DNA of 47,724 nt from Myxococcota bacterium (GTDB lineage Bacteria > Myxococcota_C > UBA6777). Below are positions 28,571-37,991 of the stretch, piece by piece. A program made the translations under genes and the position numbers. A model generated the notes under the pieces. The model saw only the letters and a list, made by a program, of their open reading frames with translations, did not search any database and had not been told where the DNA came from. The DNA is taken from NCBI GenBank assembly GCA_023150835.1, contig JAKLKB010000036.1, positions 1-47,724 on the forward strand. The letters run 5' to 3'. Positions within the stretch are counted from its first letter, which is position 1. Each line of letters begins with the position of its first letter.

Positions 28571-31402
28571 TCAAGGCACACCAAGCACACGCACACAATG
28601 ATTTTCCGCCTCAACCGTCAAGAGCCGCCGCGTCGATGCCTGCCACAACAAGCCCGCAGGATGCGCAAACATTGCCTGATGCAATGGCCCATCCAAAAAG
28701 CTACGCCCCCAACGCGCAGAACCTGCAACGATCTCCGCTTGCTTCTTACCGACACGCCAACGCACGATCTGATGGCTCCCAAATAACGAGATGTACAACC
28801 ACCCCTCCCCCCACACCAAACCAAAAGGCCGACTCCCCGAAGCAAAGCGCAACACAGTCTGAACGCGCCCCGCTGGATCGATCTGTCGCAGCGCATCACC
28901 CAGCATATCCGTCACAAAAAGACCCCCCGCCTGATCTCCAACGATCCGAACAGGACCGAAAAACCCGGCCTCCATCCGATCTCCATCTTCCACCACAGCC
29001 CGCCCCGATCCCGCCCATGTCTCCACTCGACCATCCGTCCGTAATCTTCGGATACGATGCGCCCCTGCATCCGCGATATACACCCTCCCATCCGCAGAAC
29101 GCCACAAGCCTTGTGGTTGCACAAACCTCGCCTCCTCCGCCGCTACATCCGTAGCTTCGCGCTTTCCGCCTCTATCCGTAGCCCCGCGCTTTCCGCCTCT
29201 ATCCGTAGCCCCGCGCTTTCCGCCTCTATCCGTAGCTTCGCGCTTTCCGCCTCTATCCGTAGCCCCGCGCTGCCCCCCTCCATCCGTAGCCCCGTGCTTT
29301 CCGCCTCTATCCGTAGCCCCGCGCTTTCCGCCTCTATCCGTAGCCCCGCGCTGCCCCCCTCCATCCGTAGCCCCGTGCTTTCCGCCTCCTGCCACCGTCG
29401 TCACGCGCCCAAGCGCAGACACCCGTCGGATCCGCTTGTTTCCTGTATCAGAGACATACACTCCACCCGCTCCATCCGAGACCAGAGCGGTCGGTCCATC
29501 AAAACGCGCCCGCTCTCCCACACCATCGAGAAAGCCACGCTCCCCTCCCACCCAACGGCTCACCCCACCCTCTCGATCAATCCGACGGATACGATGTCCT
29601 TCCATCTCCAACACAAGAACGCTTCCATCCGCTTGCTGCAAAAGATCCATCGGCATCGCAATCCGAGCCCGCCAGCGCCGACCGTCTCGCTCTCCCGCCA
29701 ACGTCGGCATCCCCGCCAACGTCCACACACAACCGCGATCTCCGCCCACCCGAGGGATCGCAGACCATGCCCCCCGATATGCCGAACAATCGGGCTTTTT
29801 CAACAAGACCGACGTGTCACTTGGCGCAGAAGAGATCCTCGGTGCGCTCGGTCGCGTTGACGTTCGACCCGAAGATGCAGGGCGTGTACTTGATTCAGAA
29901 AAGTTCTGCGCAAGATCGGAGCGCGGATGCCTGCCAAGCCGAGGGGGCGTGTTTCGCTCGGAAAAGGTCTCAGCCCGCTGTGTGTTGTAGAGGTATGCCG
30001 TAAAATCATTGCGCCGAAACACCTCTTGCGCAAAAAGACCACGCCCCAGCTTTTTAAGATACAGGCGATCGATCACCGCCCATTGATACGGATTTTTGGG
30101 CTGATTCATTTTTTCTCGCGTGATCAGCCCCCCCCAATCGTGCATCGGCTGATCGCTATAAAAAGCCAGCGTACCGACTTCGACACTTGCGATCCGATCC
30201 GTTTTCTTCCCAACTTCCCGAAGATACGACACGATATCGCGATACACTTCTTGCCGCGCCCCCAACCAATAATGCGTTGGATACGCTTGTATCGACGATA
30301 TCGTCTGCGTCCCGTACCATGCTCCCCCCACAACAAACACGCCCACCAAGCCCCAACGCAACCAAACCACACGAACAACCGCCTCCCACAGCGCAAAGCC
30401 ACCACACCAAACGCACAACACAAACACCACCACCGCAGGGTAAAGGTGCCACGCATGGCTTGTAAACGGTCGCAAGTATAGATACGCGAGCAGATGCAGC
30501 CCCCCATACAAGGGCAAGATCCACAACGAACGCGACCGACGCCCCATCCACACGATCCCCCACATACACACACCCCACACCACCACGATCACCTCACACG
30601 AAACCGCCACTCCCCCCACAGACCACGACGCCAGATGACGCAACTCATGGAAAAGATAACCCCACACACCCACCCGCTGAAACTTCGCCGCTGCGGATTG
30701 CGGCAACGGCGAACCAAAATACCACCACGCAAACCCCAGCCAAGGCCCCCAGATCGCTGCGTATACCACAGCGCTCGCCATCAGTCGCTGCGGCGCTCTC
30801 CACAAACACCATCCCCCCAACAATGCCCCCCACAAGGCCGCATCGGGCCGAAGCAAAGCCGCTACCGACGCCCAGATCGCCGCCATCACCCACCGCTGCT
30901 CCACCGCCATCACCGCCGCCCAAAGCCCCGCAGCCATCACAAGATGCGTCTCCATCGCCACCCAAGCCGACGAACCCGCACCACCCACCGCCAAGATCAT
31001 CGCTAACACCACTGCATACCCTTCGCCCACGATCCGAAACAGCCGATACACCGCAACAGACTGCAAGCACCATCCCAAACACCCCAGCAACGACATCACC
31101 GACGGCATCCACGCTTTCCCCACCCAAGCATACACCCACGCCGACAACAGCAGATGCCCCGGAGCCGTCGAACCCATCAGCCGTTCGCCCGGATTGAAAA
31201 CCACCCCTCGCCCCAACGCCAAATTCTCCCCATAGCGGTAAGTGATAAACGCATCATCAAACCGATAACCATGCAGTCCCCACGCCATCCCCAACCACCA
31301 GATCACCCCCAACACCCCCAACACCCCCCAACCGCGCCGTGTGAGACCCCCCTCCCAAACCAACCCACCAACGCCCAACGCTCCAACCCACAACACGATC
31401 AA
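28571..31402 (-). CDS. GT-C-like polytopic membrane glycosyltransferase fused to C-terminal NHL-repeat propeller
   Basis: DDAFITYRYGENLALGRGVVFNPGER, METHL, LRPD motifs and many TMs; C-terminal NHL repeats (ARFDGPTAL..VYVSDTGNKRIRRV; VYIADAGAHRIRRL); 4-bp overlap with flotillin stop. Confidence 0.8.
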   Translation of the reverse strand: MIVLWVGALGVGGLVWEGGLTRRGWGVLGVLGVIWWLGMAWGLHGYRFDDAFITYRYGENLALGRGVVFNPGERLMGSTAPGHLLLSAWVYAWVGKAWMPSVMSLLGCLGWCLQSVAVYRLFRIVGEGYAVVLAMILAVGGAGSSAWVAMETHLVMAAGLWAAVMAVEQRWVMAAIWASVAALLRPDAALWGALLGGWCLWRAPQRLMASAVVYAAIWGPWLGFAWWYFGSPLPQSAAAKFQRVGVWGYLFHELRHLASWSVGGVAVSCEVIVVVWGVCMWGIVWMGRRSRSLWILPLYGGLHLLAYLYLRPFTSHAWHLYPAVVVFVLCVWCGGFALWEAVVRVVWLRWGLVGVFVVGGAWYGTQTISSIQAYPTHYWLGARQEVYRDIVSYLREVGKKTDRIASVEVGTLAFYSDQPMHDWGGLITREKMNQPKNPYQWAVIDRLYLKKLGRGLFAQEVFRRNDFTAYLYNTQRAETFSERNTPPRLGRHPRSDLAQNFSESSTRPASSGRTSTRPSAPRISSAPSDTSVLLKKPDCSAYRGAWSAIPRVGGDRGCVWTLAGMPTLAGERDGRRWRARIAMPMDLLQQADGSVLVLEMEGHRIRRIDREGGVSRWVGGERGFLDGVGERARFDGPTALVSDGAGGVYVSDTGNKRIRRVSALGRVTTVAGGGKHGATDGGGQRGATDRGGKRGATDRGGKHGATDGGGQRGATDRGGKREATDRGGKRGATDRGGKRGATDRGGKREATDVAAEEARFVQPQGLWRSADGRVYIADAGAHRIRRLRTDGRVETWAGSGRAVVEDGDRMEAGFFGPVRIVGDQAGGLFVTDMLGDALRQIDPAGRVQTVLRFASGSRPFGLVWGEGWLYISLFGSHQIVRWRVGKKQAEIVAGSARWGRSFLDGPLHQAMFAHPAGLLWQASTRRLLTVEAENHCVRVLGVP
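29147..29389. repeat. Coding tandem repeat, 27-bp x 9 (GGKRGATDR)
   Basis: atccgtagc core at 29147, 29174 ... 29363. Confidence 0.92.
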
Positions 31403-32730
31403 GGCCCGTCATCCTCCATCAATCCAAAACCGCCCGATGATTCGGAGGCTTGCGCTTCCTCTCCCGTCCGCACAAGCGTTGCTTCTTTTGACGTAGTTTG
31501 CGCTTCGACCAAACGCTGCAAACTTTCGATCAAGCCTCCCAACAGGCCCGTAGGACCGCCTTGTGCATCCGAAGAGTACCAACGGATATCACGCAACGGC
31601 AACTGACGCAAGGCTTGCGAGGCTTCTTGCACGATCCACCGCGTAATCTCGGCTTGGCGCACTTCGGGCAACTTCTGTTCTTCGAGCGCGTTGCGTTGTG
31701 CAAGGTTCTCCAACAAGGCCGACTCCAGCGCTTTTTCCCGCGAGACTCGTGCTTCCACTTCTTGAAACGCACGTTGCTGTTCCTCTTGCTGTAGTACCAT
31801 CCGCAGGCGCTCGTCCTCCAACCGCCGCGCATAATCAAAGGCCAACCGCTTCATCGACAACGTGTGTTGGGCCTCCAGTTGCAGCGCGTCGAGCGCCGAT
31901 TGTTGGGCCAGTTGGCGTTGGCGACTGACTAACTCTTGCTCAAACAATCGCGCCTTTTCTTCTTCTTTCTCTAGCGCGATCTGGGCGATCTGAACTTCTT
32001 GTTCGCGCTGCGTTTGCGCCCGCTTTAGCGCGATATCTCGCTCTTGTTCCAGCTCCATCTCGCTGCGTTTTTGCTGCGCCTCCAACCGAATCCGCAACGC
32101 ATCCCGCTTGCTCCCTTCGACATACGCCGCCTGTAGATCCGCAAACAACGCGCCTTCCACCACATCAGTCCCCGTCACCTCCAAACTTTCCAACGCCACC
32201 CCCCAACCTTTCACCGCCACCTTGAGCTCGCCCTCGATCAACCCCCCAAGTTCTTTTGGATCCGCCAACAGCGCAGGCAAAGACAACCGCACCACGCTCT
32301 TGCGCAACGCAGCCTCCAACATCCGTCGAAACGCTTGATACTGCGCCCGATTCAACGCATGGTGAAACGTCAGATCGCGTGTGCGTTGGCCCCATTTGTT
32401 CTCAATCCCCAACTTGGAAAAAGCCAAAAAAGGATCGTTTCCCTCTGGATTGACCGACCACAACACAAATCCACGCACCACCACAGGCTGGTTTTCTTTC
32501 GTATACACCTGCGTTTCAAACGTCACCCGCTGCATCGTACTCGTAAAAGAAACCACCATATCCCCCCACCCTCGCCACAAACGAATCCCCACACCCGCTT
32601 TGACGAGCTTTCCATTCCGCACCAACAACAACCACTGGTTCGGTTCTGCCACCTCATAACGCGACCATACCCACCACAACAGCGCGATCCCCCCCACGCT
32701 TAGCCACAACGTCGAATACTCCCAAAACAT
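31399..32730 (-). CDS. SPFH/band-7 (flotillin-like) membrane protein
   Basis: N-terminal TM, VAEPNQWLLLVRNGK, VYTKENQPVVVRG, KGWGVALESLEV, long E/Q/A coiled coil. Confidence 0.8.
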   Translation of the reverse strand: MFWEYSTLWLSVGGIALLWWVWSRYEVAEPNQWLLLVRNGKLVKAGVGIRLWRGWGDMVVSFTSTMQRVTFETQVYTKENQPVVVRGFVLWSVNPEGNDPFLAFSKLGIENKWGQRTRDLTFHHALNRAQYQAFRRMLEAALRKSVVRLSLPALLADPKELGGLIEGELKVAVKGWGVALESLEVTGTDVVEGALFADLQAAYVEGSKRDALRIRLEAQQKRSEMELEQERDIALKRAQTQREQEVQIAQIALEKEEEKARLFEQELVSRQRQLAQQSALDALQLEAQHTLSMKRLAFDYARRLEDERLRMVLQQEEQQRAFQEVEARVSREKALESALLENLAQRNALEEQKLPEVRQAEITRWIVQEASQALRQLPLRDIRWYSSDAQGGPTGLLGGLIESLQRLVEAQTTSKEATLVRTGEEAQASESSGGFGLMEDDGP

Positions 32731-32874
32731 CGATCACCTCCCATTTGATACAGGCTCCTTTGCACCATAACCCAAGTTCACCCCACAACCCAAGACGCTG
32801 CCGCCCCTTCACAATCTCCCCCCTCTATGCTACACCACCTCTCCGCTTCCACGCCATTAAGGAGCAAGATCCGT

Positions 32875-33510
32875 ATGTTTCGCCCATATTCTCCTCTGTT
32901 GTTTCTTCTCTTTGGCCTCGCCGCCGTTTTGTTGACTCAATGCCAAACCCCCGTCAACTACCCTCCCCTCGCTTGTAAACAAGACGACGATTGCGGAGCC
33001 TTCCGCCGCTGTGTTTCAGGTGTATGCAGCTTTTCTCAGATCGAAGCCGTCAACCCCTACGAACCCCCCTTCCAACTCGAACCCTTCACTCCCGAAGAAG
33101 GCTCCACAGAACCCCTCCCCGACGAATCCATCCTCCCCGAAGAATTCACCGCTCCTGACGAGACCGCAAATCCCGACGAGACCGCAAATCCCGACGAGAC
33201 CGCAAATCCCGACGAGACCACAAATCCCGATGAGGCCACAAATCCCGATGAGGCCGCAAATCCCGACGAGGCCGCAAATCCCGACGAGACCTCAAACCCT
33301 GACGAGGCTGTCCTTCCCGATGAGCTCACCTCCCCCGATGAGGCCGCAAACCCCGATGAGGCCACAAACCCCGATGAGGCCACAAACCCCGATGAGGCCA
33401 CAAACCCCGACGAGTCTGTTCTTCCCGACGAACCCACTCCCCCCAGCGAACCCACCCCCGAATCCGAAATGTCTCCCGAAGAGCTCTCCCTCCCAGACGC
33501 CGGCCCCTAA
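32875..33510 (+). CDS. Putative lipoprotein: Cys-rich motif plus acidic PDExxN repeats
   Basis: AAGGAG RBS, signal peptide ending LLTQC, CKQDDDCGAFRRCVSGVC, 16 hexapeptide repeats. Confidence 0.75.
   Translation: MFRPYSPLLFLLFGLAAVLLTQCQTPVNYPPLACKQDDDCGAFRRCVSGVCSFSQIEAVNPYEPPFQLEPFTPEEGSTEPLPDESILPEEFTAPDETANPDETANPDETANPDETTNPDEATNPDEAANPDEAANPDETSNPDEAVLPDELTSPDEAANPDEATNPDEATNPDEATNPDESVLPDEPTPPSEPTPESEMSPEELSLPDAGP
33154..33441. repeat. Coding tandem repeat, 18-bp x 16 (PDETAN)
   Basis: cccgacgagaccgcaaat-type units. Confidence 0.9.
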
Positions 33511-33698
33511 GGACTCTTTGCTCGCTGGATCAGAGCCAACTGCGGGATCATTTTTTATGGGGCGTTGCCCCATACCCCACAAGGGAACTCCGTCCCCTTG
33601 ACCCCACGTTGGCGGAACAAACATACGTTTTTCAAACCAGCGTCTGCACCGTTTGAGACGCCGCGAACGCGGGGTCTTTGTCAACCGCATCACTCCTA
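33508..33698. mobile_element. MITE-like dispersed element, family B copy
   Basis: Collinear with copies at 23447 and 37992; right end gtcaaccgcatcactccta; left end degenerate (taaggact). Confidence 0.6.
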
Positions 33699-33720
33699 TC
33701 TGGCCGAGAGAGGCACCCCA

Positions 33721-34012
33721 GAGGTACCTTGCTCGCGAAATCTGAGCGTTCGAGCCACCTCAGAGGTACCCTGCTCGTAGAATCTGAGCGTTCGAGCCAC
33801 CTCAGAGGTACCTTGCTCGCGAAATCTGAGCGTTCGAGCCGCCTCGAAGGTACTTTGCGCGTAGAATCTGAGCGTTCGAGCCACCTCGAAGGTACCTTGC
33901 TCGCAAAATCTGAGCGTTCGAGCCACCTCGAAGGTACCTTGCTCGCAAAATCTGAGCGTTCGAGCCACCTCGAAGGTACCCTGCGCGTAGAATCTGAGCG
34001 AGAAAGGTACCT
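33721..34012. repeat. Intergenic tandem array, 42-bp unit x ~6.7
   Basis: GAGGTACCTTGCTCGCGAAATCTGAGCGTTCGAGCCACCTCA-like units starting 33721, 33763, 33805, 33847, 33889, 33931, 33973, then a final aggtacct. Confidence 0.92.
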
Positions 34013-34035
34013 AAATATAGAACTTTTTTTCAGTA

Positions 34036-34509
34036 TAGGACTTATACGATATCCAAATGATGTGTGATCGTAGGAGAGTGCGTAGAGGCCCGACCATTGG
34101 GCAGCCACAGGGGGCTGCCCCTACGTGTTGGAAATCACACGGTGTTTTGTAGGGGCAGGCCCCCGTGCCTGCCCTCGCTCATATCATCTGTTGCGTCGCT
34201 GACCTCTTCATCGCTATCTGTTTTGAATGAACCCGTTCTTCGGGCGCGAAAGTTGAAGAAACTTAGTGATACTTACTTAGGACTTATACGATATCCAAAT
34301 GATGTGTGATCGTAGGAGAGTGCGTAGAGGCCCGATTATTGGGCAGCCACAGGGGGCTGCCCCTACGTCTTTACGATAACGCAACGGGCGGATTTCGTAT
34401 CACGCAGTTGAAAAGGGAAATCCTGAGATATCAGAATGTTGTAGGGGCGGTTCGCGAACCGCCCACGCCCGAACATGGGCCTTTTTCGTATCCAACTGCG
34501 TAAGTCCTA
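34036..34509. mobile_element. Composite/nested MITE bounded by TAGGACTTA...TAAGTCCTA with TCAGTA direct repeats
   Basis: TCAGTA at 34030-34035 and 34510-34515; 91-bp direct repeat 34036-34126 / 34278-34368 (2 mismatches); inner element 34286-34400. Confidence 0.75.
34099..34174. repeat. Inverted pair of GTAG-type REP-like palindromes (REPIN-like); further copies at 34341-34366 and 34441-34464
   Basis: gggcagccacagggggctgcccctac and gtaggggcaggcccccgtgcctgccc; gtaggggcggttcgcgaaccgccc. Confidence 0.7.
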
Positions 34510-34531
34510 TCAGTAATCATAAAAGAAAGGC

Positions 34532-37500
34532 TCAAGGTCCGAAGGGGTCATCCTGCTTGGGACGAGGGCGAGGGCGGGTATTTCGGGAGGGTGCGCGAGA
34601 CTTATTGAGTTCGAGGAGGTGGAGCATACGCAAGCGACGCTGTTGGATGGTGTAGCGCCGATATTTTTGTTTGATTCGGGAAGGCAAGCGGATGTAGATC
34701 CGATCCAGCCGCACCCACAGAGACATCAGATCCATGCGGCGTTGGTGGTGGGGTTTGGCCATGTATTCGGCGCGGATGATGGGAGGCATACCGTTGACAA
34801 AATCATCGAAGAAAGGCGTACCTGTGGGAGTTCCAGCACCGAAACTCAAAGGAGAAACAGGCGGAATATAGGGGCGAGGAACATAAGGGCGAGGAACATA
34901 GGGGTTGATTCTCGGGCGGTAGGTTCCGAGACCACCATAAGGGTTGCTTGTGTCGTAACGGTTGTAGGTGCTGGAGTTGTAGCGTGGGATGCCATAGACG
35001 CCAAACTGTCTTTGCAATACCAGAGAGAAGCGTTGGAAGGCGCTTTGGGCGATCTGCCTGTAAACGTCGACGGGATCGTGGGTTTGACCGCCGAGTCGGA
35101 TGCTTGCGGCAGCGTCGGAAGCGAAGGTAAATTGTTCGGAAGGCTGACCTGCGAGTTGAATCTCCATCCCCCAATCGATCTCGACGCCAAAGAGCGTACG
35201 GACGGGCGTTTTTGTGGTGCGTCCGTATTTCGCAGCGCTACCGTAGCCGTAGCTTCGGGTTTGGGTTTGGGTGTAGATCACAGGCACTTTTTGAAGGTTC
35301 GGATCGTTGAGGGCATCTCGGAGAGCCATCGCGAGAGGCGAGCGGCTGTAGCGAAGAGATTGATGGAGTGCGGCCAGCCGCTCGCGGCTCGTGTACTTTT
35401 GTCGGATGTCGTACTTGATGCTTAGGACAACACGGGCATTGGGTGGGGCTTGTTCCACGCGAGCAAAGTCCATGATGCCTTGTGGGATGATGGCGCGAAA
35501 GGCTTGTTCGAGTTGTTGAACGATGTATTGTTCGCGGGAGAAGTTTTCTTCAGGGCGGAACGCGGGCTTGATCGGTGCGGGAACATACGTTCCAAGGTTT
35601 TGCAAAGTGGCGGCGTCTTGGGGGGGGACGTTGATCTTTAACGCATGTTCGAGCGCTTTTTGGGAGATGGCATCTTTGTTGTCTTCGAGCAAAAGACGGG
35701 GAGAGAAGCGAACAAACACGGTGTAGGTATCGTGTTTTTTGAGGTCTTGGAGGATCTTGAGCATCAGTCCTGTGGAGCGGTTGGGCGTGCCGATCTGCTT
35801 TTGGTAGCTGCTCAACGCTTTTTCGTAGAGATCTTGGAGCATCTCGCGGGCAGCTTTGGCGTTGTTGCCTTGGGGGAATTCGTTGAGGTATTTGCGAAAA
35901 GCCACGGCAGTATAGGATTTTCGGGCCTCTTCAAAGACGACGTTGTCGATGGCAAGCCGTGCATCATTGGCATAACGCCCGTAGGGATGGAGGCGGAGGT
36001 AAAATTCAAAGCTGCTGCGGCGGGCAGAAGAGACCGCGTAATCCCAATCTTTTTCTTCGAGGAAATAAGCGTTAACAGGCGAACCGACCGCGATCGTGAG
36101 AAGGGTGATGCCCACCCAGATCGCAGGTCGAAACCACCAACGCTTGGCAGGGGCGGAATCGACGGGGCCTTGGGTGTGCATCAAGTCGGCCCCTTGGGCG
36201 CGTTTGAAATCGCTTTCTGCAAGATCCGCAAACGTATCGGCGCGTTGTTGAAAGACCTGTCCGAGAAAGTCCTCCGCAAGGTGCATATCATGAAAAGTGA
36301 TGGCGACGTTGCCGTATCCAAGGAAATGAAGTTGCAGATCGCTATAGCTGTAGTTTCCATCGGTGGTGTGGTGCGTTAAGCTGCAAGCATCGGGATAAAG
36401 GAAGACATAGGGCCATGCTTCGACGCGGTCAAAATCGGTGCGGATCAAATAAAAGCTGTGGGGGAAGAAAAAAGAACCGATGCGCGAACGCAAGAGTCCC
36501 CATAAACGAGCGGCTCCCCAGACAAGGCACATCGCCCCAAAAAAGGCGAATAGACTGGTCATGATCGCAAAATTGTTGCGGAACTCGCCTTCGCTCATCA
36601 AAAAGAACCAAAAAGCAAAGATCCCCAGTCCCGAAAGCAAGCCGCAACTCGCAAGAAACCAACCCGCACCCTTGGCGACCTTCATCCGATCTTTGTTTTT
36701 GCGAAGTTGGACGAGTTCAGTTTGGGCTTTGGAAGACAGATTCGTCAGGTGGGTGTAGATGCTTTTGTTGGGTCCAAGTTTGACGCCGAGATTTTTGAGG
36801 ACTTCATCCAGATCCAGCGAGGGTTTGTTGTCGGGTTGCTCGTCTTCGTTTTGATCGTCGTCACGGCGACGGCGACGGCGGCGGCGAGTCGGTTCGCGAT
36901 CTTCTTCTTCATCGCGTGCCGATGAAGCCGATGAAGCCGATGAAGCCGATGAAGCCGATGAAGCCGGCTCTTGTGGAGGAGCAAAGGCTTCGTCATCGGG
37001 ATGGATGCCGAAGTCCGAGAGTTTGCGGGGGCCATCGATGGCGGCGCTGGTCTTTTCGTCGGTGATATCGAGGTTAAAGAAAAGGCGAACAGAGCGTTGT
37101 TGTGCGTCTCGTGCGTCGACGATCTCGATGAAGTGTTGGGGATCAGGGTGGCGTTGTTCGCTGATGAACTGGTAGCCTTGGGAGTCCAAGAAGGCCCATT
37201 TTTCGGAAGAATCGATCAAGACATAGGCCGTTGCCGCAGAGAGTCCGTCGCCCGATGCTTTGATGGAATCAAGAAGAGCGTTGGCGAAGTTGTAGTGGGA
37301 CCAAGCGCGATCGTGTTGTTCGAGTTGTTCGTAAGCTGTTTTGGCCCACAGATGGGCTTTGATATCGAGTTCGTTTTTTTCGATGCGCTGTTGGCAGGTT
37401 TGAAGGACGAGCGGCCAGTCTTGTTGTGCGATGGCATCGTTAAGTTGCAGATCAAGGGCATCATTGCGGGAGTGTGGGCTGTAAGCAGGGGTTTCGGTGT

Positions 37501-37582
37501 AGGCCATGCGCAGATCAGAAAAATCAACAGAGGCTGGATCGTGTTTGGCTTGTTCCAGCAACTGTTCAAAAGAAGGGTGCAT
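34532..37582 (-). CDS. Large membrane protein with N-terminal DUF4919-like domain
   Basis: DFSDLRMAY...LLDSIKASGDG..AYVLI..E pattern; charged linker; three TMs; two YL..(H/F)P.G..A..AR helical repeats; Pro/Tyr-rich tail. Confidence 0.7.
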   Translation of the reverse strand: MHPSFEQLLEQAKHDPASVDFSDLRMAYTETPAYSPHSRNDALDLQLNDAIAQQDWPLVLQTCQQRIEKNELDIKAHLWAKTAYEQLEQHDRAWSHYNFANALLDSIKASGDGLSAATAYVLIDSSEKWAFLDSQGYQFISEQRHPDPQHFIEIVDARDAQQRSVRLFFNLDITDEKTSAAIDGPRKLSDFGIHPDDEAFAPPQEPASSASSASSASSASSARDEEEDREPTRRRRRRRRDDDQNEDEQPDNKPSLDLDEVLKNLGVKLGPNKSIYTHLTNLSSKAQTELVQLRKNKDRMKVAKGAGWFLASCGLLSGLGIFAFWFFLMSEGEFRNNFAIMTSLFAFFGAMCLVWGAARLWGLLRSRIGSFFFPHSFYLIRTDFDRVEAWPYVFLYPDACSLTHHTTDGNYSYSDLQLHFLGYGNVAITFHDMHLAEDFLGQVFQQRADTFADLAESDFKRAQGADLMHTQGPVDSAPAKRWWFRPAIWVGITLLTIAVGSPVNAYFLEEKDWDYAVSSARRSSFEFYLRLHPYGRYANDARLAIDNVVFEEARKSYTAVAFRKYLNEFPQGNNAKAAREMLQDLYEKALSSYQKQIGTPNRSTGLMLKILQDLKKHDTYTVFVRFSPRLLLEDNKDAISQKALEHALKINVPPQDAATLQNLGTYVPAPIKPAFRPEENFSREQYIVQQLEQAFRAIIPQGIMDFARVEQAPPNARVVLSIKYDIRQKYTSRERLAALHQSLRYSRSPLAMALRDALNDPNLQKVPVIYTQTQTRSYGYGSAAKYGRTTKTPVRTLFGVEIDWGMEIQLAGQPSEQFTFASDAAASIRLGGQTHDPVDVYRQIAQSAFQRFSLVLQRQFGVYGIPRYNSSTYNRYDTSNPYGGLGTYRPRINPYVPRPYVPRPYIPPVSPLSFGAGTPTGTPFFDDFVNGMPPIIRAEYMAKPHHQRRMDLMSLWVRLDRIYIRLPSRIKQKYRRYTIQQRRLRMLHLLELNKSRAPSRNTRPRPRPKQDDPFGP
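36918..36966. repeat. Coding 9-bp tandem repeat x ~5 (SSA)
   Basis: gccgatgaa repeated. Confidence 0.85.
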
Positions 37583-37612
37583 GATCGGGCTCCTGTGGAC
37601 GGGGTGGGAAGA

Positions 37613-37954
37613 CTAGAAGGTGGTGAGCGCGTCAGGGATCGCGTCGAAGACTTCAAAGAGATCGAGCAGCGATAACATCGAAAGCGCACGCGCAACACGC
37701 GGTTGAACGTGCGCAAGTTTGAGTTGTCCGCCTTGATCTTGGATCTGATTGAGGCAACCGACGAGTACGCCGATGCCTGCGCTGCTGATGTAATCGACCC
37801 CCTGAAGATCGATCAAAAAGGCTTGTTTTCCTTGTTGGATCAAGGAGCTGAGGGCTTGATCAAAGGAGTCAGCCGTTTCCGTGTCCAGCGCGCCGTGCAA
37901 ACGTACGAGCATCACTTGATTTTGTTCTTGGATATCGATCTGTAGCTTTTGCAT
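37613..37954 (-). CDS. STAS-domain anti-sigma-factor antagonist (RsbV/SpoIIAA-like)
   Basis: LHGALD, IDLQGVDYISSAGIGVL motif with phospho-acceptor Ser. Confidence 0.92.
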   Translation of the reverse strand: MQKLQIDIQEQNQVMLVRLHGALDTETADSFDQALSSLIQQGKQAFLIDLQGVDYISSAGIGVLVGCLNQIQDQGGQLKLAHVQPRVARALSMLSLLDLFEVFDAIPDALTTF

Positions 37955-37991
37955 CGGGAAATCCTTGTCGGTGGATCAAAGTCCTGTGTGA

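Noticed and set aside
29855-29970. Linker of the GT-C/NHL gene as a derivative of the 42-bp array
   Set aside because: Similarity too weak to support by eye
33721-34012. CRISPR or TIGR-like guide array
   Set aside because: No unique spacers, only a few recurring substitutions; no cas or associated nuclease gene nearby
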